Origin: Vulcanimicrobiota bacterium
Lineage (GTDB): Bacteria > Vulcanimicrobiota > Vulcanimicrobiia > Eremiobacterales > Eremiobacteraceae
Length of the DNA stretch: 64,000 nucleotides
Reading direction: 5' to 3'
Assembly: GCA_963805945.1 (NCBI GenBank)
Contig: CAWDVP010000002.1
Location: forward strand, 160,001 to 224,000
Position numbers and translations under genes: made by a program. Numbering within the stretch: position 1 is the stretch's first letter; each line of letters begins with the position of its first letter. The notes under the pieces are model-generated. The model made no database searches and had not been told where the DNA came from. It was given only the letters and a program-made list of their open reading frames with translations. This document shows, in pieces, positions 29,821 to 39,916 of the stretch.

Positions 29821-30873
29821 CTATGAATGGATGTGCGGTTCGACGCGATCTTTCAGTTTCATACCGCTGCGATCGTGTCGCGCAGCGATCATCTCGGCAA
29901 GAATCGCGACCGCGATCTCTTCCGGCGATTGCGCGCCGATGTCGAGACCGATCGGCGCGTGCACCGCGTCGATCGTCGCGGCGGAGAAACCTGCCGACTC
30001 GAGACGTGCGCGCCGCAGCGCCTGGGTCTTGCGGCTGCCGATGGCCCCGACATAGCGCACCGGCTTGCGCAACACGTGGTCGAGCGTCGGATCGTCGAAC
30101 TTCTCGTCGTGGGTGAGCACCGCGACGTAGCTGTTCTCATCGAGCTGCAACGCCGGAAGTTCGTCCTCGGGCCAGCCCACGATGCGCGCGTCCGCCGCGG
30201 GGAAGCGCGCGGCGCTGTTGAGCCGCTCGCGAAGGTCGATGACGATGACGCGGAAGCCGGCCGCGCTGGCCAGCGCGCAGAGCGCGACAGCGATGTGCAC
30301 CGCGCCGACTATCACGAGGCGCGGTTCCGGCAGCACCGGCTGCACGAAGACCTCGTACGGTGCGAGCGCGACCAGCGCCGCCGCGCCGCGAGCGAGTTTC
30401 TCGCGCGCCGCTTCGTCGATGCGCGCATCGAGCCGTGCGTCGCCGGTCGTGCCGCTGCTCGCGGCATCGGCAGGCACGGTGCGCTTGGCGCCGACGCGGT
30501 CCGGCCCGCGCACGACGGTGCAGAGCGCGAGCGGACGCGAGAAGTCCGGTGCCGCGACGGCGTCCGGACAGCGTTCGATGAACACGTCGATCGCGCCGCC
30601 GCACGACAGGCCGACATCCCACATCATGTTCTTGTTGATGCCGTAGCGCGCGATCTTCGGCGGCCCGCCGGCCAGCACCGACTGGGCCTCGTCGACCACC
30701 GCGCCTTCGACGCAGCCGCCGCTCACCGATCCCTCGATGCGCCCGCTCGCGCCGATGAGCATGGTCGCGCCTTCGTCGCGGGGCGCCGAACCGTCGACAT
30801 GGATGACCGTCGCCTGGGCGACCGGTTCTCCCACCGCCAGCCAGCGTTGCAGCGTCGCGAAGATCTCTTTCAT
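29821..30873 (-). CDS. XdhC/CoxF-family molybdenum cofactor insertion chaperone
   Basis: GSAPR..GA.M, GSVSGGCVE, VGLSCGG, LTHD..FD, YVGAIGSR, APIGLDIGA.SPEEIA. Confidence 0.9.
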   Translation of the reverse strand: MKEIFATLQRWLAVGEPVAQATVIHVDGSAPRDEGATMLIGASGRIEGSVSGGCVEGAVVDEAQSVLAGGPPKIARYGINKNMMWDVGLSCGGAIDVFIERCPDAVAAPDFSRPLALCTVVRGPDRVGAKRTVPADAASSGTTGDARLDARIDEAAREKLARGAAALVALAPYEVFVQPVLPEPRLVIVGAVHIAVALCALASAAGFRVIVIDLRERLNSAARFPAADARIVGWPEDELPALQLDENSYVAVLTHDEKFDDPTLDHVLRKPVRYVGAIGSRKTQALRRARLESAGFSAATIDAVHAPIGLDIGAQSPEEIAVAILAEMIAARHDRSGMKLKDRVEPHIHS

Positions 30874-30877
30874 CTCA

Positions 30878-32164
30878 TCATCCTGCACGCAGGTCGCGTG
30901 CGCTCGAGCGCAGCGGGCGCCGGTCCTCGATCGTGCGCAGCAGCTCTGCGAGCTGCATAAGGCTCTTGAGGTTGTGCGCCGGGAGGAAGTTGTCGATGTA
31001 CGGGAGCGCGGCTTGCATGCCGACCGTCTGGGGCCGGTAGCGCGACGAACCAAGCAGCGGATTGAGCCAGATCAGCCGGTACGCGCTGCGCTGCAGGCGG
31101 CGCATCTCCGCCGCTAGGAGATCGATGTCGCCCCGGTCCCAGCCGTCGCTGATGATGAGCACGATCGCGCCGCGGCCGAGGACGCGGTGGGCCCAATGCA
31201 GGTTGAACGCGCGCAGGCTCTCGCCGATGCGCGTGCCGCCCGCCCAGTCGGACACGCTCGTGGAGATCTCGTCGAGCGCCTCGCGGATGTCGCGGTGCCT
31301 GATCTCGCGGGTGATACGCGTGATGCGCGTGCCGAAGACGAACGCCTCGACCCGCCCGACCGAGTGGCGCACGGTGTGCACGAACTGCAGCAGCAGGCGC
31401 GAGTAGCGATCCATCGAGCCCGAGATGTCGCACAGCAGCACGAGGTCGCGCCGCTTGCGCTTGCGCGTCCTCGTGGCGAGCGAGAACACCTCGCCGCCGC
31501 GGCGCAAGCTCTGCCGCAGCGTGCGCCGATAGTCGAACGGCCCGTTGCCGCGACCGGCGCGCATGCGCCGCGAGCGCCGCGTGCCGAGGTCCCACACCGG
31601 GCGGCGAGCCAACTCTCGCGCGCGCGCCGCCTCGTCCTCGCTCAGGCTGGCGAATTCTTTCTGATACAGGCCTTCGGCGAAGCTATAGGTGAACGCCCGG
31701 TCGGTCTCCGGCGCGGTGACCTGTTCATCGCCCGGTGGATGGTCGTCGCCGTCGGAGCGCAGCAGCGCCGTGTCGCGGCGGATGGCCTGCGTCGCGTTGA
31801 CGTCGTGCTCGGCCGCCGGCCTACGCGCCGCGTCTTCGCCCGGCTGTTCTTGCTGTCCATCATCGGCGCCGCCATCGCCGCTGCGCGCGTCGAGCGACGC
31901 CTCGCTCCAGAACGCGTCGAACGCCGCGTCATAGACGCGGGCTTCTTCGGGCGTGCGGACCAGCACGGCGCGGGCAGCCGCCTTGACGTCCGAACGCGAT
32001 CCCAATCCGATCGCGCCGAGCGCTTGACCGAGCAGCACGAGCCGGTCCGGCTGCGCCCCCAGACCCATGCGCCGCAGCACGCGGCCGAACACGATCACGT
32101 TGTGGCCCAGCCGCGAGAACCGTGCGACCTCGTCGGCGGCGAAGATCGGCGGACGCCCGCTCAC
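30878..32164 (-). CDS. CoxE-like vWA domain protein
   Basis: LLCDISGSM MIDAS, VEAFVFGTRITRIT, GGTRIG, IISDGWD, WLNPL. Confidence 0.9.
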   Translation of the reverse strand: MSGRPPIFAADEVARFSRLGHNVIVFGRVLRRMGLGAQPDRLVLLGQALGAIGLGSRSDVKAAARAVLVRTPEEARVYDAAFDAFWSEASLDARSGDGGADDGQQEQPGEDAARRPAAEHDVNATQAIRRDTALLRSDGDDHPPGDEQVTAPETDRAFTYSFAEGLYQKEFASLSEDEAARARELARRPVWDLGTRRSRRMRAGRGNGPFDYRRTLRQSLRRGGEVFSLATRTRKRKRRDLVLLCDISGSMDRYSRLLLQFVHTVRHSVGRVEAFVFGTRITRITREIRHRDIREALDEISTSVSDWAGGTRIGESLRAFNLHWAHRVLGRGAIVLIISDGWDRGDIDLLAAEMRRLQRSAYRLIWLNPLLGSSRYRPQTVGMQAALPYIDNFLPAHNLKSLMQLAELLRTIEDRRPLRSSARDLRAG

Positions 32165-33072
32165 GCGCCTGCCGCCGCCTTGCGCGCGCGGTCGACGCGC
32201 GCGTTCAACGCCGTCTCGCGCGCCTTGCCGACGTCTTCTTGATACTTGAGCAGGCAGCCGATGGTGTCGGAGACCACTTGCTCGTCGAGCGCCGTGCGCC
32301 CGAGCGCGACCAGCGCAGCCGCCCAATCGATCGTCTCCGCGACGCCGGGATGCTTGTAGAACGATTCCGCACGCAGACCGGCGACGAGCGCGCACGCCTC
32401 GAGGGCGAGCCGATGCCCGAGCCCCGGCACCTTCGACTCGACGATCTGCGCCTCGCGCGCGACGTCGGGGTAGTCGATCCAGTGATACAGGCAGCGGCGC
32501 TTGAGCGCGTCGTGGACTTCGCGCGTCCGATTCGAGGTGAGCACGACGATCGGCGGCGTCCGCGCCGCGAATGTGCCGATCTCCGGTATCGTGACCTGGA
32601 AGTCCGACAGCAGCTCGAGCAGGAACGCCTCGAACTCCTCATCCGCGCGATCGATCTCGTCGATGAGCAGGACCGCCGGTCCGCCCTCTCGTTCATCGAT
32701 CGCCTGCAGCAGCGGACGCTTGATTAGGAATTCCGGCCCGAAGATCTCGCGTTCGATCGCCGCGCGCCCGTGCTCGCCGCCGCCCGCCTCTGCCAGCCGG
32801 ATGTGGAGGATCTGTTTGGCGTAGTTCCATTCGTACAACGCGTGGTTGATGTCGAGGCCCTCATAGCATTGCAGGCGGATGAGGGGGCGGCCCAATCCGG
32901 CGGCCAGCACCTTCGCGACCTCGGTCTTGCCGACGCCCGCTTCGCCTTCGAGGAAGAGCGGGCGTCCCAGGGTGAGAGAAAGGAAGATGGACACCGCGAG
33001 GCTGCGGTCGGCGACATAACGATGCTCGGCCAGCATCGCCTGCACGTCGTCGATGGAAGAAAACCCGGTCAT
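32161..33072 (-). CDS. CoxD-like MoxR AAA+ ATPase
   Basis: LEGEAGVGKT, RLQCYEG, LLIDEIDR, LTSNRTRE, ALKRRC. Confidence 0.93.
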   Translation of the reverse strand: MTGFSSIDDVQAMLAEHRYVADRSLAVSIFLSLTLGRPLFLEGEAGVGKTEVAKVLAAGLGRPLIRLQCYEGLDINHALYEWNYAKQILHIRLAEAGGGEHGRAAIEREIFGPEFLIKRPLLQAIDEREGGPAVLLIDEIDRADEEFEAFLLELLSDFQVTIPEIGTFAARTPPIVVLTSNRTREVHDALKRRCLYHWIDYPDVAREAQIVESKVPGLGHRLALEACALVAGLRAESFYKHPGVAETIDWAAALVALGRTALDEQVVSDTIGCLLKYQEDVGKARETALNARVDRARKAAAGA

Positions 33073-33166
33073 TCGCCTCGGATTCGCGCTCGACGCGCCG
33101 TCACCCCGCGCCCGCGAAGCGCCTCCTCGGCAGGGCCGTCCCGACGCTTTATCAAACCTGACGGAC

Positions 33167-33685
33167 GTGATTCGCTGGATTGCCGGCGCAGTCGTCGCGG
33201 TCGCGCTGGTGGTCCTCATCGCGGCGTTTTTCCCAAGCGGAGTCGATCGTGGGCGCGGCCCGACGCAAGTCGTCGGGATGGCCGCGCCGGACGTCAGCGT
33301 GGACCTGGTCAACGGCGGCACGCTCGACCTCGCCTCGCTGCGCGGCCACGACGTGCTGCTCAACCTGTGGGCGACGTGGTGCGGACCGTGCCGGCGGGAG
33401 ATGCCGGCGCTCGAGCGCTTGGCGCGCGAGCAGGGGGGTACGCTCGTCGTGATCGCGGTCGATCAGGGCGAGGAGCCGGCGACGGCGCGGGATTTCGCCA
33501 AAGCCTTCGGCGTCACGTTCCCGATCGCGGCGGATCGGGAGCAGCAGCTCGGGACCCAGCTGCACCTGGCGGGTCTGCCGAGCTCGTTCTTCATCGATAA
33601 GCGCGGCGTCATCCGCGAGGCCGTCGACGGCGAGATGACGTACGACACGATGCGCGCGAAGGCGCAGCATCTAGAAGGTATGTAG
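33167..33685 (+). CDS. TlpA/ResA-type thiol-disulfide oxidoreductase
   Basis: N-terminal TM, LNLWATWCGPCRREMP, GLPSSFFID. Confidence 0.9.
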   Translation: MIRWIAGAVVAVALVVLIAAFFPSGVDRGRGPTQVVGMAAPDVSVDLVNGGTLDLASLRGHDVLLNLWATWCGPCRREMPALERLAREQGGTLVVIAVDQGEEPATARDFAKAFGVTFPIAADREQQLGTQLHLAGLPSSFFIDKRGVIREAVDGEMTYDTMRAKAQHLEGM

Positions 33686-33724
33686 CGGTTGTTGCACAGC
33701 GCACGGGACCTCTTCCGGTTCTCC

Positions 33725-34335
33725 ATGAAGCCAGCCCAGCGCGCTGCAGCGCTCTCGCTGCTCGCGCTGTCCGCTGCGATCGCGGTGGCGTGCTCGAACA
33801 ACAGCTCGACCACCCCGACGGTCACCCCGACGCCGACGACCAGCCCCACCGCCACCGGACCGACCCCGACGCCGACGCCGGCGCCGCAGTACTTCGTGTC
33901 CATCGAATACAACGCGTCACCGACGCCGGACCCGACCTACGGCAACATCGACGGGTATGGTCTCATGACCACCGTGCCGACCTCGTCGCCCGTTCCGACG
34001 TCCGCGCCTCAGGGCATCATCACCGTCAACGCCAACTCCACCATCGTCTTCTTGAACTTCGACCGCATCACGCGCACGGTGTCGATCCTCGGGCCCGCCA
34101 ACGGGATGAACTGGCCGAGCACCTTCACCAACACGTGCGGGTTGAGCTGCCCGAACCCGCCCGCGGGCACGGCGATCACGTCGACCGAGTTCTCGGCGAT
34201 CGTCGGCGGCGCGTCCGGCGTGCCGACCTATTCGCTCATCTATTCGACCGGCGCCGTTCCCGGCATGTACTATTTCGGCGATGCGACGAACTACTGTCGT
34301 CGCCGTCCCTGCGCACCGTCATCATCGTCCAGTAG
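33725..34335 (+). CDS. Thr/Pro-linker lipoprotein, possibly cupredoxin-like (indel near 34297)
   Basis: Lipobox AVAC, (TP)n linker, GMYYFGD.../SLRTVIIVQ* across a frame change. Confidence 0.6.
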
Positions 34336-34709
34336 CGGGCGCAGCAAGACCCGAGAGATAGATATACACCTGATCCCCGGCCACCTCGAGATGGACGGTG
34401 CGCGTGCGGTCGTCCGCTAACGCGTAGGTCGCTTCGCGACCGGCTTCGTTGAGCGCGGACTGGACGTCGCGCGGCAACATGCCCGCATACCAATCGCGGA
34501 CCTTGTCGAACCGTATCCCAGGTGGTGAAGATCTCGATGATATGGCCGCCGTTCTGCGCGCGGATCGCCGCGGGCACGGCGACCACGGTAGCGCCGGGGT
34601 AGACCGGCAGATGCAGAGCGGAGCGCTCCGCGTTGTCGTGGCGCGCGCAGCCGGCGAGCAGCGCGAGCAGCGTCGCGCCGAGGATGAACGCGGCGGCGAC
34701 CGGTCTCAC
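34322..34709 (-). CDS. Hypothetical lipoprotein (indel near 34511)
   Basis: Lipobox LAGC, LPVYPGA...TWDT / FDKVRDWY. Confidence 0.6.
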
Positions 34710-35746
34710 GGTCGAGCGGCGACGCTCGCTTCGAGAGGCGGGACCACTTTGATGAAGTTCTCGACGAGCGCGTCGTAATCCGGCGAGCGGTAGTCTTCGA
34801 TCGTGCCCGCATCGCACAGCGCGGTGAGCGCTGGGTCGATCGGCAGCTGCGCGAGCAGCGGCGCGCCGCTCTCGACGACCAGCTGCACGCCTTTGCTCTC
34901 GCCGAACAGCTCGAACCGCTTGCCGGTGTCCGGATCCGCGAAGTACGACATGTTCTCCACGAGGCCCATGACGCGCGCGTTGAGCTGCTGGACGAGCTTG
35001 ACGGCCTTGCTCACGATCATGGTCGCGAGACCCTGCGGCGTGCTCACGAGCACGACGCCTGACACGGGCAGCGATTGCAGGACGGTGAGCGGCGCGTCGG
35101 ACGTGCCCGGCGGCAGGTCCACGAGCAGGTAGTCGATCTTGCCCCATTCCAGATCGTTGTAGAACTGTTTGATCGCGGTCGCGACCATCGGTCCGCGCCA
35201 GATGACCGCTTGGCTCTCGCCATCGAGGATGAGGTTCATCGACATGAGCGAGATGCCGCTGCGGGTGACCGGCGGATGCGGCTTGCCGTCCGCTCCCTGG
35301 TGCGGCCGTGCGGTGACGCCGAACAGTTTCGCCTGGCTCGGCCCGGTGATGTCGGCGTCGAGGATGCCGACCTCGAAGCCACGCCGCCGCAGCGCGACCG
35401 CGAGCAGTGCGGTCACCGTCGATTTGCCGACGCCGCCTTTGCCCGACATGATCGCGACGACGTGTTCGATGCCGGGTTTGCGCTGCCGCTCCATCGGCGG
35501 CACGGGGGCCGGCGGCTTGCGCCGTTGCGGCGGCACGGTGCCGTCCTTGACGAAGCGCTGCAGATCCGCCATGAGGGCGTCGAGATCGAGGCGGTGCGCG
35601 CTCGCGCCGCCGGCGATGCTCTCGCGGGTCGAGACATGACAGCCGGCGCACGGCAAGCCGTGCGCGCCGAACACCGCCTCCGAGCCCTTGTAGGTCTCGA
35701 CGACGTCGCGGATCAGGGTATCGGGAGAGAGCGTGCTGGACATCAA
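34706..35746 (-). CDS. Mrp/ApbC (Nbp35-like) P-loop NTPase fused to an N-terminal DUF1858-like CxxC domain
   Basis: SGKGGVGKST, DADITGPS, VIWRGPM, VDLPPGTSD, ENMSY; N-terminal VFGAHGLPCAGC..ESIAGGASAHRLDLD. Confidence 0.88.
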   Translation of the reverse strand: MMSSTLSPDTLIRDVVETYKGSEAVFGAHGLPCAGCHVSTRESIAGGASAHRLDLDALMADLQRFVKDGTVPPQRRKPPAPVPPMERQRKPGIEHVVAIMSGKGGVGKSTVTALLAVALRRRGFEVGILDADITGPSQAKLFGVTARPHQGADGKPHPPVTRSGISLMSMNLILDGESQAVIWRGPMVATAIKQFYNDLEWGKIDYLLVDLPPGTSDAPLTVLQSLPVSGVVLVSTPQGLATMIVSKAVKLVQQLNARVMGLVENMSYFADPDTGKRFELFGESKGVQLVVESGAPLLAQLPIDPALTALCDAGTIEDYRSPDYDALVENFIKVVPPLEASVAARP

Positions 35747-36529
35747 CGGGTGCCTTCGACGGGCGTGCGCGGCGGAACTTCTGCGGCGAGCAGCGGCGTG
35801 ACGTCCTCCATGCGATTTTCACACGGATGGCCCGGTCCGAAGTAGTAGCGCGTGCTCACCGGGTCGCGGCCGAGCAGCACGATCGCGGACGAGCGGGTGC
35901 CGTACGCGTCCGGACGGTGGACGCATAGGCCGCCGTCCATCGCCGCGTTCGCCGGGCGCGTGGTCTTTCAAGAGCTCGTGGAGGCGCGGCACGAGCGACT
36001 TCGGCCTCTTCGGCGTCGGGGTCGAAACGCCGCGGCGAGCGCGAGCGCGCGCTGCGGCCTTTCGGGTGATCGCGCGAGTCGAACTCCCAATTGGTCACCG
36101 CGTGCACGCCGTCGGCGATGGGCTGGATCTCTATCATGCCGGCGCCGCTCTGCGCGGCGATGCCGCCGCGCGCGTCGAGCGCGACGAGCACGAACGGATT
36201 GAACGCGTCGCTGTCCATGGCACGCAGCGCCGTTTCGATCTCGGCGATGCTCGCGCGACGCGCCAGTTCGGCGACGAGCGGCCGCGCGAGCGCTTGGACG
36301 GGTCGTGCCGCCCGACGCCGCGGCGGTTGGTGAGCGCGACGACGATGCCTTTTTCCGACACCGCCAGCCAGGTGCCACCGGCGGTTTCATCGCGGCCGCC
36401 GACCACGAGCGGACGGTCGTACAGCCGCTGCGGTCCGGTCGCCGGGCGCCCTTCGAACTCATCGCGGTTCGCGGCGACGATCACCGGGAAGGCCGGGTGA
36501 CGGTTCTTCCACACGAGCAGCGTGCACAC
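35743..36529 (-). CDS. NRDE/TANGO2 family protein (several indels)
   Basis: MCTL...AANRDEFEGRP, GGRDETAGGTW, ALTNR, SRG, YGTRSS spread over three frames. Confidence 0.82.
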
Positions 36530-36623
36530 AGCACGCCGCTTCTCGCAAGGAGCGGGTTTTCCGCTCGCGAACCCGACACAACCCAAAGCCCCCTTCTTTA
36601 TATGTGAGGAGCGGCGTTCTACG

Positions 36624-37895
36624 ATGCACACGTCATCCATTCGTCTTCTCTCCCTCGCGCGCGCTGCGGCGTTCGCATGCTGCGTGTCGCTCGCGTCCGT
36701 CGTGGTCGCCGGCTGCTCGCAACAGAGCTCGACGCCAGGCGGCGCGCCGGCCGGCACAGTGATCAAGATCGGCATCGATCTGCCGGTCTCGGGCGCTGAT
36801 GCGTCGATCGGCGTGCCGACGCAGTACGGCGCGCAGCTGGCGGTCAAGCAGGCCAACGAGAAGAAACTCGTGCCCGGCTTCACGCTCGAAGCCGACGTGC
36901 TCGACGACGCGGTCAACGGCGTCCACGATCCTGCTCAAGGCGCGAAGAACATCCAATCGTTCGGCGCCGACCCGGCCGTGCTCGCGGTCATAGGGCCGTT
37001 CAACAGCAATGTTGCTCGCGCGGAGATCCCGCTGTCGAATAGCCTGGGTCTCGCGCTCGTGAGCCCGTCGAACACCAATCCGACGCTCACCAAAGGGCCT
37101 GAGGCCCTGGGGATGCGCAAGGACCATCCGGACCAGATCACCTACTTCCGCGTCTGCACCACCGACGACATCCAAGGTCCCGCGGGCGCGACGTACGACT
37201 ACACGAAGCTCGGCGCGCGCAAAGCATACGTCATCGACGACAACGAGACGTATGGCAAGGGCGTCGCCGACGCGTGGGCGGCCGCGTTCGCCAAGCTCGG
37301 CGGCACGATCTTGGGCCACGACCACATCACCAAAGGGCAGCAAGACTTCCACGCGCTGCTCACGCGCGTGGCCGGCACCCATCCCGACATCGTGTTCTTC
37401 GGCGGCAACTCCTCGACCGGCGGCGGGCAAATCCGCAAGCAGATGCCGGATGCCGGAATCGGCGGCGTCACGTACGCCGGCGCGGACGGCATCAAAGACG
37501 ATCAGTTCCTCATAGACGCGGGCGCCACCGCGGACAACGTCTGGGCGACGGTCGCCTCGGTGAACGCGGAGAAGCTGCCCGCCGCGAGACAGTTCCTCGC
37601 CGACTATGAAGCGGAGTACCATCAGCCGGTGGGCGCGTATTCGGCCAACGCCTATGCCGCGACCCAAGCCGTCGTCGCCGCGCTCGCAGCGGCGGTGAAG
37701 GCTAACGGCGGCACGGCGCCGACCCGCGCGCAAGTGCTCGAGCAGCTGCGCGCGACCAAGGACCTGCCGAGCGTCATCGGCACCTTCTCGTTCGACGCCG
37801 CCGGCGACACCAACAACCGCATCATCTCGTTCTACGAGGCGCTCAAAGACAAGTGGAACTTCGTCACGCAGCAGAACTTCACGGGCCTGAAGTAA
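36624..37895 (+). CDS. livK: Branched-chain amino-acid ABC transporter substrate-binding lipoprotein
   Basis: Lipobox VAGC, KIGIDLPVSG, IGPFNS, SPSNTNPTLT, YGKGVA. Confidence 0.9.
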   Translation: MHTSSIRLLSLARAAAFACCVSLASVVVAGCSQQSSTPGGAPAGTVIKIGIDLPVSGADASIGVPTQYGAQLAVKQANEKKLVPGFTLEADVLDDAVNGVHDPAQGAKNIQSFGADPAVLAVIGPFNSNVARAEIPLSNSLGLALVSPSNTNPTLTKGPEALGMRKDHPDQITYFRVCTTDDIQGPAGATYDYTKLGARKAYVIDDNETYGKGVADAWAAAFAKLGGTILGHDHITKGQQDFHALLTRVAGTHPDIVFFGGNSSTGGGQIRKQMPDAGIGGVTYAGADGIKDDQFLIDAGATADNVWATVASVNAEKLPAARQFLADYEAEYHQPVGAYSANAYAATQAVVAALAAAVKANGGTAPTRAQVLEQLRATKDLPSVIGTFSFDAAGDTNNRIISFYEALKDKWNFVTQQNFTGLK

Positions 37896-37912
37896 CGGGC
37901 TAGCCGGCCCGC

Positions 37913-38833
37913 GTGGCGATCTTCCTCCAGCAGCTCATCAACGGCATAGCCCAAGGCGGGATGTACGCCCTTATCGCCTTGGGCTATACCATGGTCTATG
38001 GCATCGTCGAGCTCATCAATTTCGCGCACGGCGACGTGTTCACGCTCGGCACCTTCTTGTGCATCGCGATCCTCGCGATCATCGGGGTGACCGAGAGCGA
38101 TCACATCATCGGCGGCTGGCAAGGCGCGGGCATCGCGCTGCTCGTCATCGTCTTGGCGGCGCTGCTGTGCGGCGTCATCGGCGTGCTGATCGAACGCTTC
38201 GCCTACCGGCCGCTGCGCAACGCGCCGCGGCTCGCGCCGCTCATCACCGCGATCGGCGTCTCGTTCCTGCTCCAAGGCGTCATGCGCAACTGGAAGGGTC
38301 CGTCCGAGATCTCGTTCCCGCAGTTCTTGCCCAATCCGACCTTCTCGCTCGGCGGCGTCCACGTGGATGCGCGCGAGCTGCTCGTGGTGCTCGTCAGCAT
38401 CGTGATGATGATCGCGCTGCAGCTGTTCATCTACAACACGAAGCTCGGCAAGGCGATGCGCGCGACCGCGCAGGACCGCGACGCGGCGCAGCTCATGGGC
38501 ATCAACGTCAACTCGACGATCGCGTGGACGTTCTTCATCGGCTCGGCGCTGGCGGGCGTCGCCGGCTTCATCTCCGGCATCTATTTCGGCACCACGATGT
38601 TCACCAACGGCTACCAAGCGGGCCTCAAGGCGTTCACCGCAGCGGTGCTCGGCGGCATCGGCAACATCGGGGGCGCGATGCTCGGCGGCTTCCTCATCGG
38701 CATCGTGGAGGCGATGACGGCCCAGTACATCTCCGACCAGTGGACCAACGTCGTCGTGTTCTCCATCCTCATCCTCATCCTGGTGTTCCGCCCGAGCGGC
38801 CTGCTCGGCGAGCAGCTGCCGGAGAAGGTATGA
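37913..38833 (+). CDS. livH: BCAA ABC transporter permease
   Basis: YALIALGYTMVYG..INFAHG, GKAMRA, KAFTAAVLGGIG. Confidence 0.95.
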   Translation: MAIFLQQLINGIAQGGMYALIALGYTMVYGIVELINFAHGDVFTLGTFLCIAILAIIGVTESDHIIGGWQGAGIALLVIVLAALLCGVIGVLIERFAYRPLRNAPRLAPLITAIGVSFLLQGVMRNWKGPSEISFPQFLPNPTFSLGGVHVDARELLVVLVSIVMMIALQLFIYNTKLGKAMRATAQDRDAAQLMGINVNSTIAWTFFIGSALAGVAGFISGIYFGTTMFTNGYQAGLKAFTAAVLGGIGNIGGAMLGGFLIGIVEAMTAQYISDQWTNVVVFSILILILVFRPSGLLGEQLPEKV

Positions 38834-39915
38834 TGCGTCGCAGCGTGCGGCTGCCGTTCGGCTTCGGCGACGCCACGCCGCTGCAGGCGCTCGGCCTGAT
38901 CGCGGTCATCGCGCTCTTCCTCTTCCTGCCGTTGATCGACCGCAACGCCGGCCAGGTGTCCGCCGTCGCCGACGCAGGCTATTTTCTGCTGCTGGTGTTC
39001 GGCCTCAACATCGTGGTCGGCTTTGCCGGGCTGCTCGACCTCGGTTACGCCGCGTTCTTCGCCATCGGCGCCTACACGTATGCGATGGCCGCGTCGACGC
39101 AGTTCAATATCCACGTCAACTTCTGGCCGATGATGATCATCAGCGGTTGCGTCGCGGCGCTGTTCGGCCTCATCCTGGGCGCGCCGACGCTGCGCTTGCG
39201 CGGCGATTACCTTGCGATCGTCACCTTGGGCTTCGGTGAGATCGTGCCGCAGGTGTTCCTCAACCTCGACAAGTGGACGGGCGGCCCCAACGGCATCTCG
39301 AACGTCGATCAGCCGGTCTTGTTCGGCTACCACTTCGGCTTCAATCCGGTGCCGTACTACTATCTCTATGTCGCGGTCATCCTCATCGCCATCGTGCTGC
39401 TCAACAACCTGAAGCGCTCGCGCCTCGGGCGCGCCTGGATGGCGATCCGTGAGGACGAGCTCGCGGCGACGCACATGGGCATCAATCCGGTGACCACGAA
39501 ACTGCTCGCGTTCGCGATGGGCGCGTCGTTCGCGGGCGTGGCGGGCGCGATCTACGCCGCCAAGCTGACGCTCATCAGCCCCGACGAGTTCAACTTCTCC
39601 GTCTCGGTGACGATCCTCGCGGCGATCGTGCTCGGCGGCATGGGCAGCCTGCTCGGCGCCTTCGTCGGCGGCCTGCTGCTCGCGCTGCTCAACTTCATGG
39701 TCCTGCCGCAGGTCACCAACTGGACGCACGCGCTCGGCACCGCGTTCAACAATGACGCGCTCAAGAACGCCGACCTGCACTACATCATCTATGGCGCGAT
39801 CTTGGTGCTGGTGATGATCTTCAGGCCCGAAGGCTTGATCTCGAACGCCTCGCGGCGCGCGGAGCTGCATCACGCGCAGCCCGCGGCGTCGGCGTCTGCG
39901 GCGGGGGTCGAATAG
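38830..39915 (+). CDS. livM: BCAA ABC transporter permease
   Basis: GLNIVVGFAGLLDLGY, RLRGDYLAIVTLGFGEI, GRAWMAIREDE. Confidence 0.95.
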   Translation: MMRRSVRLPFGFGDATPLQALGLIAVIALFLFLPLIDRNAGQVSAVADAGYFLLLVFGLNIVVGFAGLLDLGYAAFFAIGAYTYAMAASTQFNIHVNFWPMMIISGCVAALFGLILGAPTLRLRGDYLAIVTLGFGEIVPQVFLNLDKWTGGPNGISNVDQPVLFGYHFGFNPVPYYYLYVAVILIAIVLLNNLKRSRLGRAWMAIREDELAATHMGINPVTTKLLAFAMGASFAGVAGAIYAAKLTLISPDEFNFSVSVTILAAIVLGGMGSLLGAFVGGLLLALLNFMVLPQVTNWTHALGTAFNNDALKNADLHYIIYGAILVLVMIFRPEGLISNASRRAELHHAQPAASASAAGVE

Positions 39916-39916
39916 C

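Noticed and set aside
33800..33890. Tandem ACCCCG/ACGCCG-like repeats
   Set aside because: They encode the Thr-Pro linker of a lipoprotein and are not a DNA-level element.
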